From Clostridiales bacterium (lineage in GTDB: Bacteria > Bacillota > Clostridia > Christensenellales > Aristaeellaceae), in assembly GCA_004557125.1 (NCBI GenBank), contig SFET01000007.1, positions 31,561 through 95,560 on the forward strand: a stretch of 64,000 bases of DNA. The letters run 5' to 3'. Below, in pieces: positions 28,253 to 36,352 of the stretch (position 1 is the stretch's first letter; each line of letters opens with the position of its first letter). Both the position numbers and the translations under genes were made by a program. The notes under the pieces were generated by a model. The model saw nothing but the letters and a program-made list of their open reading frames with translations. It had not been told where the DNA came from and made no database searches.

Positions 28253-28378
28253 CAAATGCGGAGAAAGCCGCATTTGTCGATATTTCGTCATGCGGGCATC
28301 CAGATTCCGTCGCATGCCGATGCTATACTGTATGTGTATAGCTATATCGGTGAGAAAGAACAGCAAACGGAGGTACAT

Positions 28379-29950
28379 ATGGGATTTCTTTCTTCCTTAA
28401 AGAGCATCCTGGGCGGCAGCTTTTTCAATCTGCTGATCTATGCAGTCATCCTGTTTGTCTTCATAATGGGCCTGATCAAGTGCGTGTTTCCGGTGCTGCG
28501 CACCCGGGGAACCCTGCGCAGCGCGATCCGCAACATCCGCGCCGGAACCGAGGCGAAGAAGTCCTGGCAGGAGGACGACTTCCTGGGCAAGGGCGTGCTC
28601 AGCGCTCACTGGAGCGAATACTTAAACAACCTGTTCTTCGCGGACGGCGTGTACCACAACGCCTCCAACGTGGAGGACTTCATCAATGAGGAGACCGTGA
28701 TCTACGGCCCCGGACGCGCCGCCTTCAGCGACGCCGTGCCCAGCCTGCTGGTCTCCATCGGCTTCCTGGGCACGCTGATCGGCCTGGCCCAGGGCCTCTC
28801 CGGCTTCAGCATGAGCGACTCCACCGCCGTGATGGACTCCATCGTCACGCTGATCCCCGGCATGCGTTACGCCTTCATGACCTCCATCTTCGGCGTGGTG
28901 GGCTCGGTGGGCTTCACGCTGATCACCCGCGCGGTGCAGGGCTCCACCGAGCACACGCTGCGCGACTTTTACAGCGCCATGAGTCGCCACGCGGGCGTGC
29001 TCTCCGTGGATCCGATGACCCAGGTGGCCATCTACCAGCAGGAGCAGACCGCGCTGATCCGCAAGATGGCAAACGACCTGGACGGCAAGCTGTCCGAGAA
29101 CATCGCCGGCGCGGTGGAGAGGGCCGTGGAGCCGCTGAACCAGAGCCTGAAGAACTTCGTCACCGTCGCCACCCGGGAACAGATGCGCTTCCTCGACGCG
29201 GTGGTGGGCCGGTTCATCGACCGCATGGACGAGATGCTGGGCGGCCAGATGAAGCGGCTGTCCGCGGCGCTGGACGAGACCGCCACGGTGCAGGAGAGCG
29301 CCCTGCGCGCCGTGCACGACAGCCTCGGCGAAACCGGCGAGATGCTGGACGGCATCCGCGAGGTCACGCGCATCGCCAACGACATGGTGCGCTCCAACGC
29401 CAAGTACATAGACGACCTGCGGCAGAACCAGAAGCAGACCGACGATGCCTTCTCCCGCGTGGCATCCAGCGTGGAGCAGATGGATCTGATCAGCCGCCAG
29501 CAGGCGAACTACCTCAAGTCCGTCTCCGCCATGCAGGCCGAGGTCGCCCGCAGCATCGACCAGATGAATTCCTCGCTGAACAACTTCACCAAGCGCGTGA
29601 CCGAGGACAGCGCCAACGCCTCCACCGGCATGCTCAAGGCCGCTGCGGAGCTGCGCGCCACCGGCGAGCACATCAAGGAGATCCACAAGGACTGCACCGA
29701 CGCGATCACTGCGGAGCTGAAGATGACGCTGGATTCCTATCAGGACTACGTCAACCAGTTCACCCAGCGCGTGGATTACCTGGCCGGAAGCATCTCCGAT
29801 TCCTTGAGCCACATGCCCCAGGCGGTGAACGATACCTCCAACCAGTTCCTGGATCAGGTGGACCGCCTCACCGACACCCTGGCCCAGGCCCAGCGCGTGC
29901 TGAACGAGACCGTTGCCCGCCTCTACGGCGACCAGCGGGCCCGGCACTGA
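28379..29950 (+). CDS. MotA/ExbB/TolQ-family proton-channel protein with a roughly 320-aa C-terminal helical tail (ZorA-like architecture)
   Basis: GGAGG lies 5 nt before the ATG. TM1 is FFNLLIYAVILFVFIMGLI. Channel hairpin LLVSIGFLGTLIGLAQG ... YAFMTSIFGVVGSVGFTLI. The remainder is uninterrupted helical/coiled-coil-like sequence. Confidence 0.7.
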   Translation: MGFLSSLKSILGGSFFNLLIYAVILFVFIMGLIKCVFPVLRTRGTLRSAIRNIRAGTEAKKSWQEDDFLGKGVLSAHWSEYLNNLFFADGVYHNASNVEDFINEETVIYGPGRAAFSDAVPSLLVSIGFLGTLIGLAQGLSGFSMSDSTAVMDSIVTLIPGMRYAFMTSIFGVVGSVGFTLITRAVQGSTEHTLRDFYSAMSRHAGVLSVDPMTQVAIYQQEQTALIRKMANDLDGKLSENIAGAVERAVEPLNQSLKNFVTVATREQMRFLDAVVGRFIDRMDEMLGGQMKRLSAALDETATVQESALRAVHDSLGETGEMLDGIREVTRIANDMVRSNAKYIDDLRQNQKQTDDAFSRVASSVEQMDLISRQQANYLKSVSAMQAEVARSIDQMNSSLNNFTKRVTEDSANASTGMLKAAAELRATGEHIKEIHKDCTDAITAELKMTLDSYQDYVNQFTQRVDYLAGSISDSLSHMPQAVNDTSNQFLDQVDRLTDTLAQAQRVLNETVARLYGDQRARH

Positions 29951-29972
29951 TGTGCGCGCCTGAGAAGGGACG

Positions 29973-31001
29973 GTGAAGCGCATGCGATCCAACCGAAGGA
30001 CGCTCGCCCGGCGGTACGGGCGCAACGACGGCAGCTTCTGGCTGAGCTTTTCGGATCTGATGAGCTCGCTGGTGCTGATTATCATTCTGGTGATGTTCTA
30101 CATCATCTATCAATACTTCAACCTGGCGGAGATCAACCAGGCGGAGATCGCCCGCCGCCAGTATCAGCTGGACGAGGCCCAGGCCGAGCTGGAGACCCAG
30201 CAGGGCAAGCTCACCGAGGCGGAGAAGCAGATGATCGCCCAGCAGATTCTGCTGGACGCGAAGCAGGAGGAGCTGGACAGCGCCCAGGCGGTGCTGGAGG
30301 CCCAGAAGACCGAGCTTGCGGATACCCAGGCCCAGCTCAGCGAGAAGGAGGCCGAAATCGCCGCCCAGCAGGCGCAGATGGAGGCCCTGGGCATCCAGCT
30401 GGACGAGCAGCAGGCCCAGATCAACACCCAACAGGCCCAGCTGGACAACCAGCAGGCCCAGATCGAGCAGCTGGTGGGCATGAAGACCCGCATCATCACC
30501 TCGCTCTCCAGCGCGCTGAAGAGCAGCAGCATCTCCGCCACGGTGGATCCCACCACCGGCTCCATCGCCCTGGAATCGGACGTGCTGTTTGAATCCGGCG
30601 AGTACAAGCTCACCGACGCGGGCAAGCGCTTCGTGGACAAGTTCCTGCCGGTGTATCTGGACGTGCTGTTCTCCGAGGAGTACAAGGGCTACGTCTCCGA
30701 GATCATCATCGAGGGCCACACGGACTCCGTGGGCGGGTATCTGACCAACCTGGAACTCTCCCAGCAGCGCGCGCTGGCCGTGGCCAGCTATGTGCTGGGC
30801 GACAGCTGCCGCGCGATCTCGGCGGACGTCAAAAATACGCTCCGACCGGTGGTCACCGTCAACGGCCGCAGTTATAGCGATCGCATCTTCAACGCCGACG
30901 GCACCGAGAACATGGACGCCTCCCGAAGGGTCGTGTTCAAGTTCCGCCTCACCGACGAGCAGATGATCCAGCAGCTGCGCCAGATCTTGGAATCCGAATA
31001 A
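29973..31001 (+). CDS. MotB/OmpA-family peptidoglycan-binding partner with a coiled-coil spacer
   Basis: N-terminal FWLSFSDLMSSLVLIIIL (MotB-type TM with the conserved Asp). About 115-aa Q/E-rich coiled coil. OmpA-like IIIEGHTDSVG..NLELSQQRALAV..SRRVVFKF. GTG at 29973; the ATG at 29982 is an alternative start. Confidence 0.75.
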   Translation: MKRMRSNRRTLARRYGRNDGSFWLSFSDLMSSLVLIIILVMFYIIYQYFNLAEINQAEIARRQYQLDEAQAELETQQGKLTEAEKQMIAQQILLDAKQEELDSAQAVLEAQKTELADTQAQLSEKEAEIAAQQAQMEALGIQLDEQQAQINTQQAQLDNQQAQIEQLVGMKTRIITSLSSALKSSSISATVDPTTGSIALESDVLFESGEYKLTDAGKRFVDKFLPVYLDVLFSEEYKGYVSEIIIEGHTDSVGGYLTNLELSQQRALAVASYVLGDSCRAISADVKNTLRPVVTVNGRSYSDRIFNADGTENMDASRRVVFKFRLTDEQMIQQLRQILESE

Positions 31002-31037
31002 AACAAAGCATCAAAAGACAAAAGGGGAAATGCAAAA

Positions 31038-31592
31038 GTGCTCCACCTTCGCAGGCTGGTCTGGTTCATCGCCTCCCGGCTGATCCTGCTGTGCATCATC
31101 TGCGGCATCCTTGTGTGCGCCTTCTACATGTGCCTGAACACGGCAAACATCTACATCATCCTCACCGACGGCCTGGAGAAGCGCGCCAGCGTGATCCTGA
31201 CCCAGGAGGACGCCGAGGATCTGAACTTCTACTTCCACGCCGACTTCCTCAGCGCCGACCGCGCGCTGGAGGGCGCCTTCGACGGCACCAGCGTGTACGA
31301 CGATTACAGCATCACCGACTTCGAATACGAACTGAAGATCGAAAAGCTCTGGGCCTGGCCCTGGGACAACTACGCCACCTGCACGGTTGTGGAGCGCGTG
31401 CCCTCCATCACCGGCAGCGTGATCTCCAGCCGCAAGAGCGAGGTCTCCGGCAGCGTGCCCTCCTGGCAGGGCGGCCGCTACGACATCACGCTGGTCAAGG
31501 TCAGCGGCGAGTGGAAGATCCTCGGCATGCAGCAGACCACCGTGCTGATGGAGGCCGCCGGAGCCGATGCCACAGTCGGCCCCGAAGCGTAA
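31038..31592 (+). CDS. Single-pass membrane protein with an extracytoplasmic globular domain, unknown function
   Basis: GTG start. N-in TM (LVWFIASRLILLCIICGILVCAFYM) followed by about 150 aa of mixed alpha/beta sequence. No family recognised. Confidence 0.5.
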   Translation: MLHLRRLVWFIASRLILLCIICGILVCAFYMCLNTANIYIILTDGLEKRASVILTQEDAEDLNFYFHADFLSADRALEGAFDGTSVYDDYSITDFEYELKIEKLWAWPWDNYATCTVVERVPSITGSVISSRKSEVSGSVPSWQGGRYDITLVKVSGEWKILGMQQTTVLMEAAGADATVGPEA

Positions 31593-31711
31593 AATTTTCC
31601 AAATCTGTGCCCTTCCGATGGGAAGTTTTTCCCCGGAAGGGCTGTTCAGATGAAGGGACTTATGTTATAATTACATATGTATAATTGCAAAAAGGGTTAG
31701 GAGGCTTATCC

Positions 31712-33295
31712 ATGGATCGAAAGAATAAGGTGTGGCTTGTCGTGCTGGCACTTCTGCTGGTGCTGGCAATCGCGGCAGTGATCGTCATCAACGGCAGGCT
31801 GTCCACGTCCAAGACGGCGCTGGAGGCGATGAGCACGCAGCTGGCCACGGAGCAGGAGAATTCCGAGGCGCTGAACGCGCAGCTGGAAGCGCTCCAGCAG
31901 AGCAGCGAAGATCTGCAGAGCGAGCTTGCACAGGCCAATGAAGAGAAAGCCTCCCTTGAAACGCAGCTGACCGAGGCGGAAGCAAAGACCACCGAGGCCG
32001 AAGCGCGCGCCACCGAGGCGGAGACGAAGGTCGCAGAGCTGGAGAATCGCGCTACTGTGGCCGAGACGAAGGCTGCCGATCTGGAGGCGCAGCTGGGCGT
32101 GGCTGCTGACAGCAACGCCGCCCTGACGGGACAGCTGAGCGCTGCGCAGACCCAGGCGGAGCAGCTGGCCAGCGATCAGCAGGCCGCGCAGTACACCATC
32201 GCCACCATGGAGACTGCCGCACAGGAATATCAGAAGCGCATCGAGGAGCTGGAGACCTGCGCCGTGGATGCCCAGAACAGGATCGACGAGCTCAACGCCG
32301 CCATCCGCACCGCTGAGGAGCGCATCGTGGAGCTGGGCGGCGAGGTGACGCCCACCGCGCAGGAGGGCGACGTCGTGCCCGCCGCACAGACGGCCGGTGC
32401 ACAGCCGGTGGAGGGTGATCCGACTGCAGCGGCTCAGGCGCCCCTGCTGGCGGTGCCCGAGGTGCAGACCCCCGAAATCCTGGCAAATGCCGACAAGGTG
32501 AATGTGGAAGAGATCTATGCGGACATCGATTCCATCGTCAATGGCGGCGAGGGCGCCATGACCGACGAGGAGAAGGTCGCCGCGCTGGATGAGCTGAAGG
32601 CGGAGCTTGCCGGCTACGTCAGCGAGCTGAACGCAGCGCTGGAGGAGATCGCCGCACAGGAGAGCGCGCTGGCCGCTTCCGTGGACAGCATCGAGTCCCT
32701 GGAGGCCAATCTCGCCGCCGCACAGGCCCAGGTGGATGAGCTGGCCGCAGCCATCGCCCAGAGCGAGGAGACCATCGCCAGCCTCGAAACCCAGCTTTCC
32801 GAGCTCACCGCCCAGAGCGAGAGCGACATCGCCCTCGCTGCCTCCCAGATCGAGACCCTCAACGGACAGATCGCCGAGGAGCAGACCAGGGTCGCCGAGC
32901 TCAGCTCCCAGCTGGAGATCGCCAACGCCGAGCTGGCCGCGCGCATCGCCGAGCTGGAGGCCTACAAGCTCAACCGCGAGCTGGTGGAGGGTGACGCCTA
33001 CACCGCATCCACGCTGGGCGACGTCCTGGCGGTTGCCGCCGACGGCGTGACCGTGGAGTGGACCTACACCAATGACACCATCAGCGGCAACGCAGTGGTG
33101 CTCAGCATTGAACTGGACGGCGAGGAGCTCTACCGCTCTGAGCTGCTCAATCCGGGTGAGAGCCTGGAGGGCATCGTGCTGAACCGCGCCCTGGAGGCCG
33201 GCAGCTACGAGGCCGTGGCCGTGGCGGGCGTGTACGGCGCCGACGGCGAAGCCATTTCCTCCACGCACGTGCCGGTGACCATCCAGGTCGGCTGA
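31712..33295 (+). CDS. Single-pass membrane protein with a roughly 400-aa extracytoplasmic coiled coil and a beta-rich C-terminal domain
   Basis: AGGAGG lies 7 nt before the ATG at 31712. TM is VWLVVLALLLVLAIAAVIVI. Long A/E/Q/L heptad-like sequence. C-terminal ..VTVEWTYTNDTISGNAVVLSIELDGEELY... Confidence 0.65.
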   Translation: MDRKNKVWLVVLALLLVLAIAAVIVINGRLSTSKTALEAMSTQLATEQENSEALNAQLEALQQSSEDLQSELAQANEEKASLETQLTEAEAKTTEAEARATEAETKVAELENRATVAETKAADLEAQLGVAADSNAALTGQLSAAQTQAEQLASDQQAAQYTIATMETAAQEYQKRIEELETCAVDAQNRIDELNAAIRTAEERIVELGGEVTPTAQEGDVVPAAQTAGAQPVEGDPTAAAQAPLLAVPEVQTPEILANADKVNVEEIYADIDSIVNGGEGAMTDEEKVAALDELKAELAGYVSELNAALEEIAAQESALAASVDSIESLEANLAAAQAQVDELAAAIAQSEETIASLETQLSELTAQSESDIALAASQIETLNGQIAEEQTRVAELSSQLEIANAELAARIAELEAYKLNRELVEGDAYTASTLGDVLAVAADGVTVEWTYTNDTISGNAVVLSIELDGEELYRSELLNPGESLEGIVLNRALEAGSYEAVAVAGVYGADGEAISSTHVPVTIQVG

Positions 33296-33322
33296 GCCGC
33301 GAGCGGACATTTCAGACGTGCG

Positions 33323-33354
33323 ACAGGGCGAAGCAAAGGCTTCGCCCTGTTTTT
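33323..33354 (+). terminator. Intrinsic terminator closing the MotAB-like operon
   Basis: acagggcgaagc/gcttcgccctgt stem followed by ttttt. Confidence 0.8.
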
Positions 33355-33370
33355 GCGTGGCGACGCAGCA

Positions 33371-33409
33371 AAAAGGGACCTGTGAAACAGAACTTCACAG
33401 GTCCCTTTT
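33371..33409. terminator. Bidirectional terminator (serves the minus-strand epimerase operon)
   Basis: 16-bp stem aaaagggacctgtgaa/ttcacaggtccctttt with A and T runs on both sides. Confidence 0.8.
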
Positions 33410-33450
33410 AAAGATACGAATCGCGTGAGAAGGGCCGGTAGCTTTGCGCC

Positions 33451-34479
33451 TCAGCGGCTGATCTCCAGCGTGTGGGCAAGGCCCGTGCGCAGGTCGTACG
33501 CGGCGCGCCAGCCCAGGTTCATCAGCTTTCTGGGGTCAAGCACCGCCCGCGTCACGGCGGAGTAGCCCGCGCGCTCTGCCTCCGGGGGCAGGTCGAATTT
33601 GAGCTGCACGCCCGCAAGATCGGCCAGCGTTCCGGCGTATTCCCGGATGGACGGGCTGCAGTCCGGGTTGGCGACGTTGTAGGCCTCGCCGGTTGCGCCC
33701 TTCAGCAGCAGCGTGATGAGTGCCGAGGCGGTGTCGGCGGCGTAGCAGTAGGAACGAATCTGCGTTCCGGGGCTCTTGAGTACGATGTCCCGCTTCTCCA
33801 GCGCGCAGCGCAAAAACTGCGCGTCGGCGCGGCTGTTCTCTTTGGTGATCGTCGGCCCGTAGGTGTAGGTGAGCCGGGCGACCAGCGCGTCCACGCCGTA
33901 CTGATGGGCGTAGCTGGCGCACAGCGTCTCCGCGGCGCGCTTGCTCTCCGGGTAGCAGGATCGGAAGCGCATGGGATCGACGCTGCCGAAGCTGTGCTCA
34001 TCGAAGCTCGGAAGATTCGGGTTCTCGCCGTAGATCTCGCCGGTGGAGAGGAACAGCAGGCGACCGGACGTGTTGCGCAGCCGCTCCAGCAGCTGCATCG
34101 TGCCCAGCAGGTTGGCCTGCATGGTGCCCACGGGATCGCTGGAGAAGGCCAGCGGATGGGCGTTGGATGCGGCGTGCACGACGTAGTCCGCGCGGAAGTC
34201 GGCGTCCAGCGGCGCGCAGGCGTCGTAGGGCAGGAAGGTCAGGCAATCCATGCCGGACAGGCGCTCCTTTGCGGTCTCCGGCTTCCGGCACAGCGCGGTC
34301 AGGCGCAGATGCAGGCCGTGCGCCCGATTGACCGCGTCCAGCGCGCGCAGCAGGTAGCTGCCCACCAGCCCGGTCGCGCCGGTGACGGCCACGGTCTTGC
34401 CCGCCAGATCATCCCAGAGCAGGTTCAGCGCGGCGATGTTGTTCAGTTCCTCCGCCAGCAGCGGGTGATGGATGTTCAC
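33451..34479 (-). CDS. NAD-dependent epimerase/dehydratase (extended SDR) family protein
   Basis: GAGGAGG lies 6 nt before the GTG at 34479. Rossmann VAVTGATGLVGSYL. Catalytic YPESK. The 528-aa track ORF is over-extended. Confidence 0.8.
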   Translation of the reverse strand: MNIHHPLLAEELNNIAALNLLWDDLAGKTVAVTGATGLVGSYLLRALDAVNRAHGLHLRLTALCRKPETAKERLSGMDCLTFLPYDACAPLDADFRADYVVHAASNAHPLAFSSDPVGTMQANLLGTMQLLERLRNTSGRLLFLSTGEIYGENPNLPSFDEHSFGSVDPMRFRSCYPESKRAAETLCASYAHQYGVDALVARLTYTYGPTITKENSRADAQFLRCALEKRDIVLKSPGTQIRSYCYAADTASALITLLLKGATGEAYNVANPDCSPSIREYAGTLADLAGVQLKFDLPPEAERAGYSAVTRAVLDPRKLMNLGWRAAYDLRTGLAHTLEISR

Positions 34480-34490
34480 AGTTAACCTCC

Positions 34491-35189
34491 TCAGCGCCCG
34501 TTCAGGCTCAGCAGCGCCCGGAAGATGTCGATGTCCTCCGGCGTGGTGAGCTTGATGTTCTTTTCGGAGCCGTGGGAGAAGTAGATCGTGCGCCCCAGCT
34601 CCACCATCAGCGTGCAGGACGCGATGGAGTTGGTGATGCCCCTCTCCAGAGCCTCGCGATGCGCGTCGGCCAGCACCCCGATGGGGAAGGCCTGGGGGGT
34701 CTGGGTGCGCTTCAGGTTCTGCCGGGGGTAGCTTGCGCAGGTGGAAACCTGGTCGGTGGTCTCCAGCATGGCCTCCTGACAGGGCACCACGGCGATGGCC
34801 GAGCCGTACTGGGTGGCGGTGGCGATGCAGTCGGAGATGATGTCCGCCGAGAGCATGGGCCGGATCGCGTCGTGCACCAGCACCAGATCGTCCCGGCTGT
34901 AGTGCTTCTCCAGCTCCAGCACGCCGTTGCGGATGGAATCCTGGCCGTTTTCGCCGCCGGGGATGATGTGCCTGAGCTTCGTGATGCCGTACTGCCGCGC
35001 GTAGGCGGAGAGGATGTTCTCCCAGCCCGCGATGCACACCACCGCGATGGCGTCGATGTCGGCGTGCTTCTGGAACGCCTCCATGGTGTAGACGATGACC
35101 GGCTTTTCGTTCACGGTCAAAAACTGCTTGGGGATCTCCTGATGCATGCGCATGCCCTTGCCGCCCGCGATGATCAGCGCGATGTTCAT
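34491..35189 (-). CDS. IspD/TarI-family cytidylyltransferase (CDP-alditol synthesis)
   Basis: MNIALIIAGGKGMRM....PKQFL..N.KP.IVYT. An alternative start at 35213 adds 8 aa. Confidence 0.8.
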   Translation of the reverse strand: MNIALIIAGGKGMRMHQEIPKQFLTVNEKPVIVYTMEAFQKHADIDAIAVVCIAGWENILSAYARQYGITKLRHIIPGGENGQDSIRNGVLELEKHYSRDDLVLVHDAIRPMLSADIISDCIATATQYGSAIAVVPCQEAMLETTDQVSTCASYPRQNLKRTQTPQAFPIGVLADAHREALERGITNSIASCTLMVELGRTIYFSHGSEKNIKLTTPEDIDIFRALLSLNGR

Positions 35190-35209
35190 ATGATGCACCT
35201 TCCTTTGGT

Positions 35210-36352
35210 TCACTTGCGCTCCAGGGCCTCGCGCAGCTGGGTGCTGCTGGTGCCCTGGGTGTAGGGGAAGTAGATGATCTTAACGCCCAGCGGAGTCAGC
35301 TCGCGCTCGTAGCGATTGAAGCGCTCCGTGCCCTTGTAGTCGCTGCCCACGAAGAGGTAGTCGTAGGGGTAGAGATTGTACATCTCGTCGTCCTCGTCCA
35401 GCGTGACGACCACCTTGTCCACATATTTGATGCTGCCGACGATCTCCATGCGCTCCTCCAGCGGGATGAAGGTCGGCTTGTTCTTGTGGGAGGATCCCGG
35501 CGGGTGTACGCCCACGATCAGATAGTCGCAGTACTGCTTCGCCCGGCGCAAGAGGTTCAGATGGCCGATGTGGAAGAGGTCGAAGGTGCCGCTCAGGAAG
35601 CCGATCTTCCCCCGGGGCTTGTCCGACGCGCGGCCGCTCTGCTGCTTGTACTGCCAGCTCTCCACGCCGAAGCGAACCGGGTCGGCATGATAGCGCTCCA
35701 GCACCTCGCGGTAGGTCTCCTCATATTTGGGAATCCACAGCGTCTCGCGGTGCAGCATGCGGGAAACGATCTCCTCCGCCAGCGCGCGGGTCTTGTCGGG
35801 TTCGTCTGCACCGCCGTAGAAGCAGGTGCCAGCGATGGCTCCGGGGGACACGTTCAGCACCCGGTTGGGACTTCCCTGGGCGATCAGCTCGGCGTTTACG
35901 GACTCGCAGAGGCTGGCCACGGCGGCCTTGCTGGCTCCGTAGCCGGCGAACATGGGCGAGGACATCAGCCCTGCGATGGAACCGAGCACCGCGCAGTAGA
36001 AGGGCCTGTCCGTGAGCAAGCGGGGCATGAACATGCGCAGCACCCGCGCGAAGCCCTCCGCGTTGGTGCGGAACAGCGCCGTGATCTCCATGTCAGTCAG
36101 CTGCTCGTAGGGGGCGATGCGCCCCAGACCCGCCGCATAGATCAGCGCGTCTGCATCCCTGTGGGCTTCGAGGGCGGCGAAGTCGTCGCAGAGCAGGTTG
36201 AAGCGCCGGTATTCGATGTTTTCTTCGGGCGAATCGGGCAGGCTGCGGCCGTAGACCGTCACCTGCGCGCCCCCGGCGGCGAGTACACGGGCGATGGCTC
36301 GCCCCACGCCGCTGGTTCCGCCGATCACCACGGCGGTGCGAATCTCGTTCAT
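35210..36352 (-). CDS. Fusion protein: N-terminal classical SDR oxidoreductase plus C-terminal TagD-like (HxGH) cytidylyltransferase
   Basis: VVIGGTSGVGRAIA and YGASKAA (SDR) in the first roughly 245 aa. Then GFLSGTFDLFHIGHLNLLRRAKQYCDYLIVGV (glycerol-3-phosphate cytidylyltransferase-type). Confidence 0.8.
   Translation of the reverse strand: MNEIRTAVVIGGTSGVGRAIARVLAAGGAQVTVYGRSLPDSPEENIEYRRFNLLCDDFAALEAHRDADALIYAAGLGRIAPYEQLTDMEITALFRTNAEGFARVLRMFMPRLLTDRPFYCAVLGSIAGLMSSPMFAGYGASKAAVASLCESVNAELIAQGSPNRVLNVSPGAIAGTCFYGGADEPDKTRALAEEIVSRMLHRETLWIPKYEETYREVLERYHADPVRFGVESWQYKQQSGRASDKPRGKIGFLSGTFDLFHIGHLNLLRRAKQYCDYLIVGVHPPGSSHKNKPTFIPLEERMEIVGSIKYVDKVVVTLDEDDEMYNLYPYDYLFVGSDYKGTERFNRYERELTPLGVKIIYFPYTQGTSSTQLREALERK

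Noticed and set aside
28121-28378. N-terminal 86-aa extension of the MotA-like ORF given in the track
   Set aside because: The extension lies in the AT-rich intergenic region, has no RBS and contains the predicted promoter and leader elements. The ATG at 28379 has GGAGG 5 nt upstream and begins directly with the first TM segment.
31593-31711. Intrinsic terminator splitting the stator-like operon before gene 4
   Set aside because: The 9-bp hairpin (31609-31642) has a 16-nt loop and no following U-run, so it is not a convincing terminator. It is kept only as a caveat, together with the nearby TATAAT boxes.
28379-33295. Calling the operon a canonical Zorya system (type I-III)
   Set aside because: No ZorC/ZorD-like helicase or nuclease, HNH ZorE-like, or other enzymatic gene is present in or next to the operon. 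Only the ZorAB-like architecture is visible, so I report it as ZorAB-like or unknown rather than Zorya.
33451-35037. 528-aa ORF read as one gene, and likewise the 799-aa ORF at 40992-43391
   Set aside because: In each case the upstream part overlaps, out of frame, a better-supported gene (the IspD-like gene; the GT-C-like gene). Internal starts with strong RBS (GTG at 34479; ATG at 42179) give proteins of normal family length.
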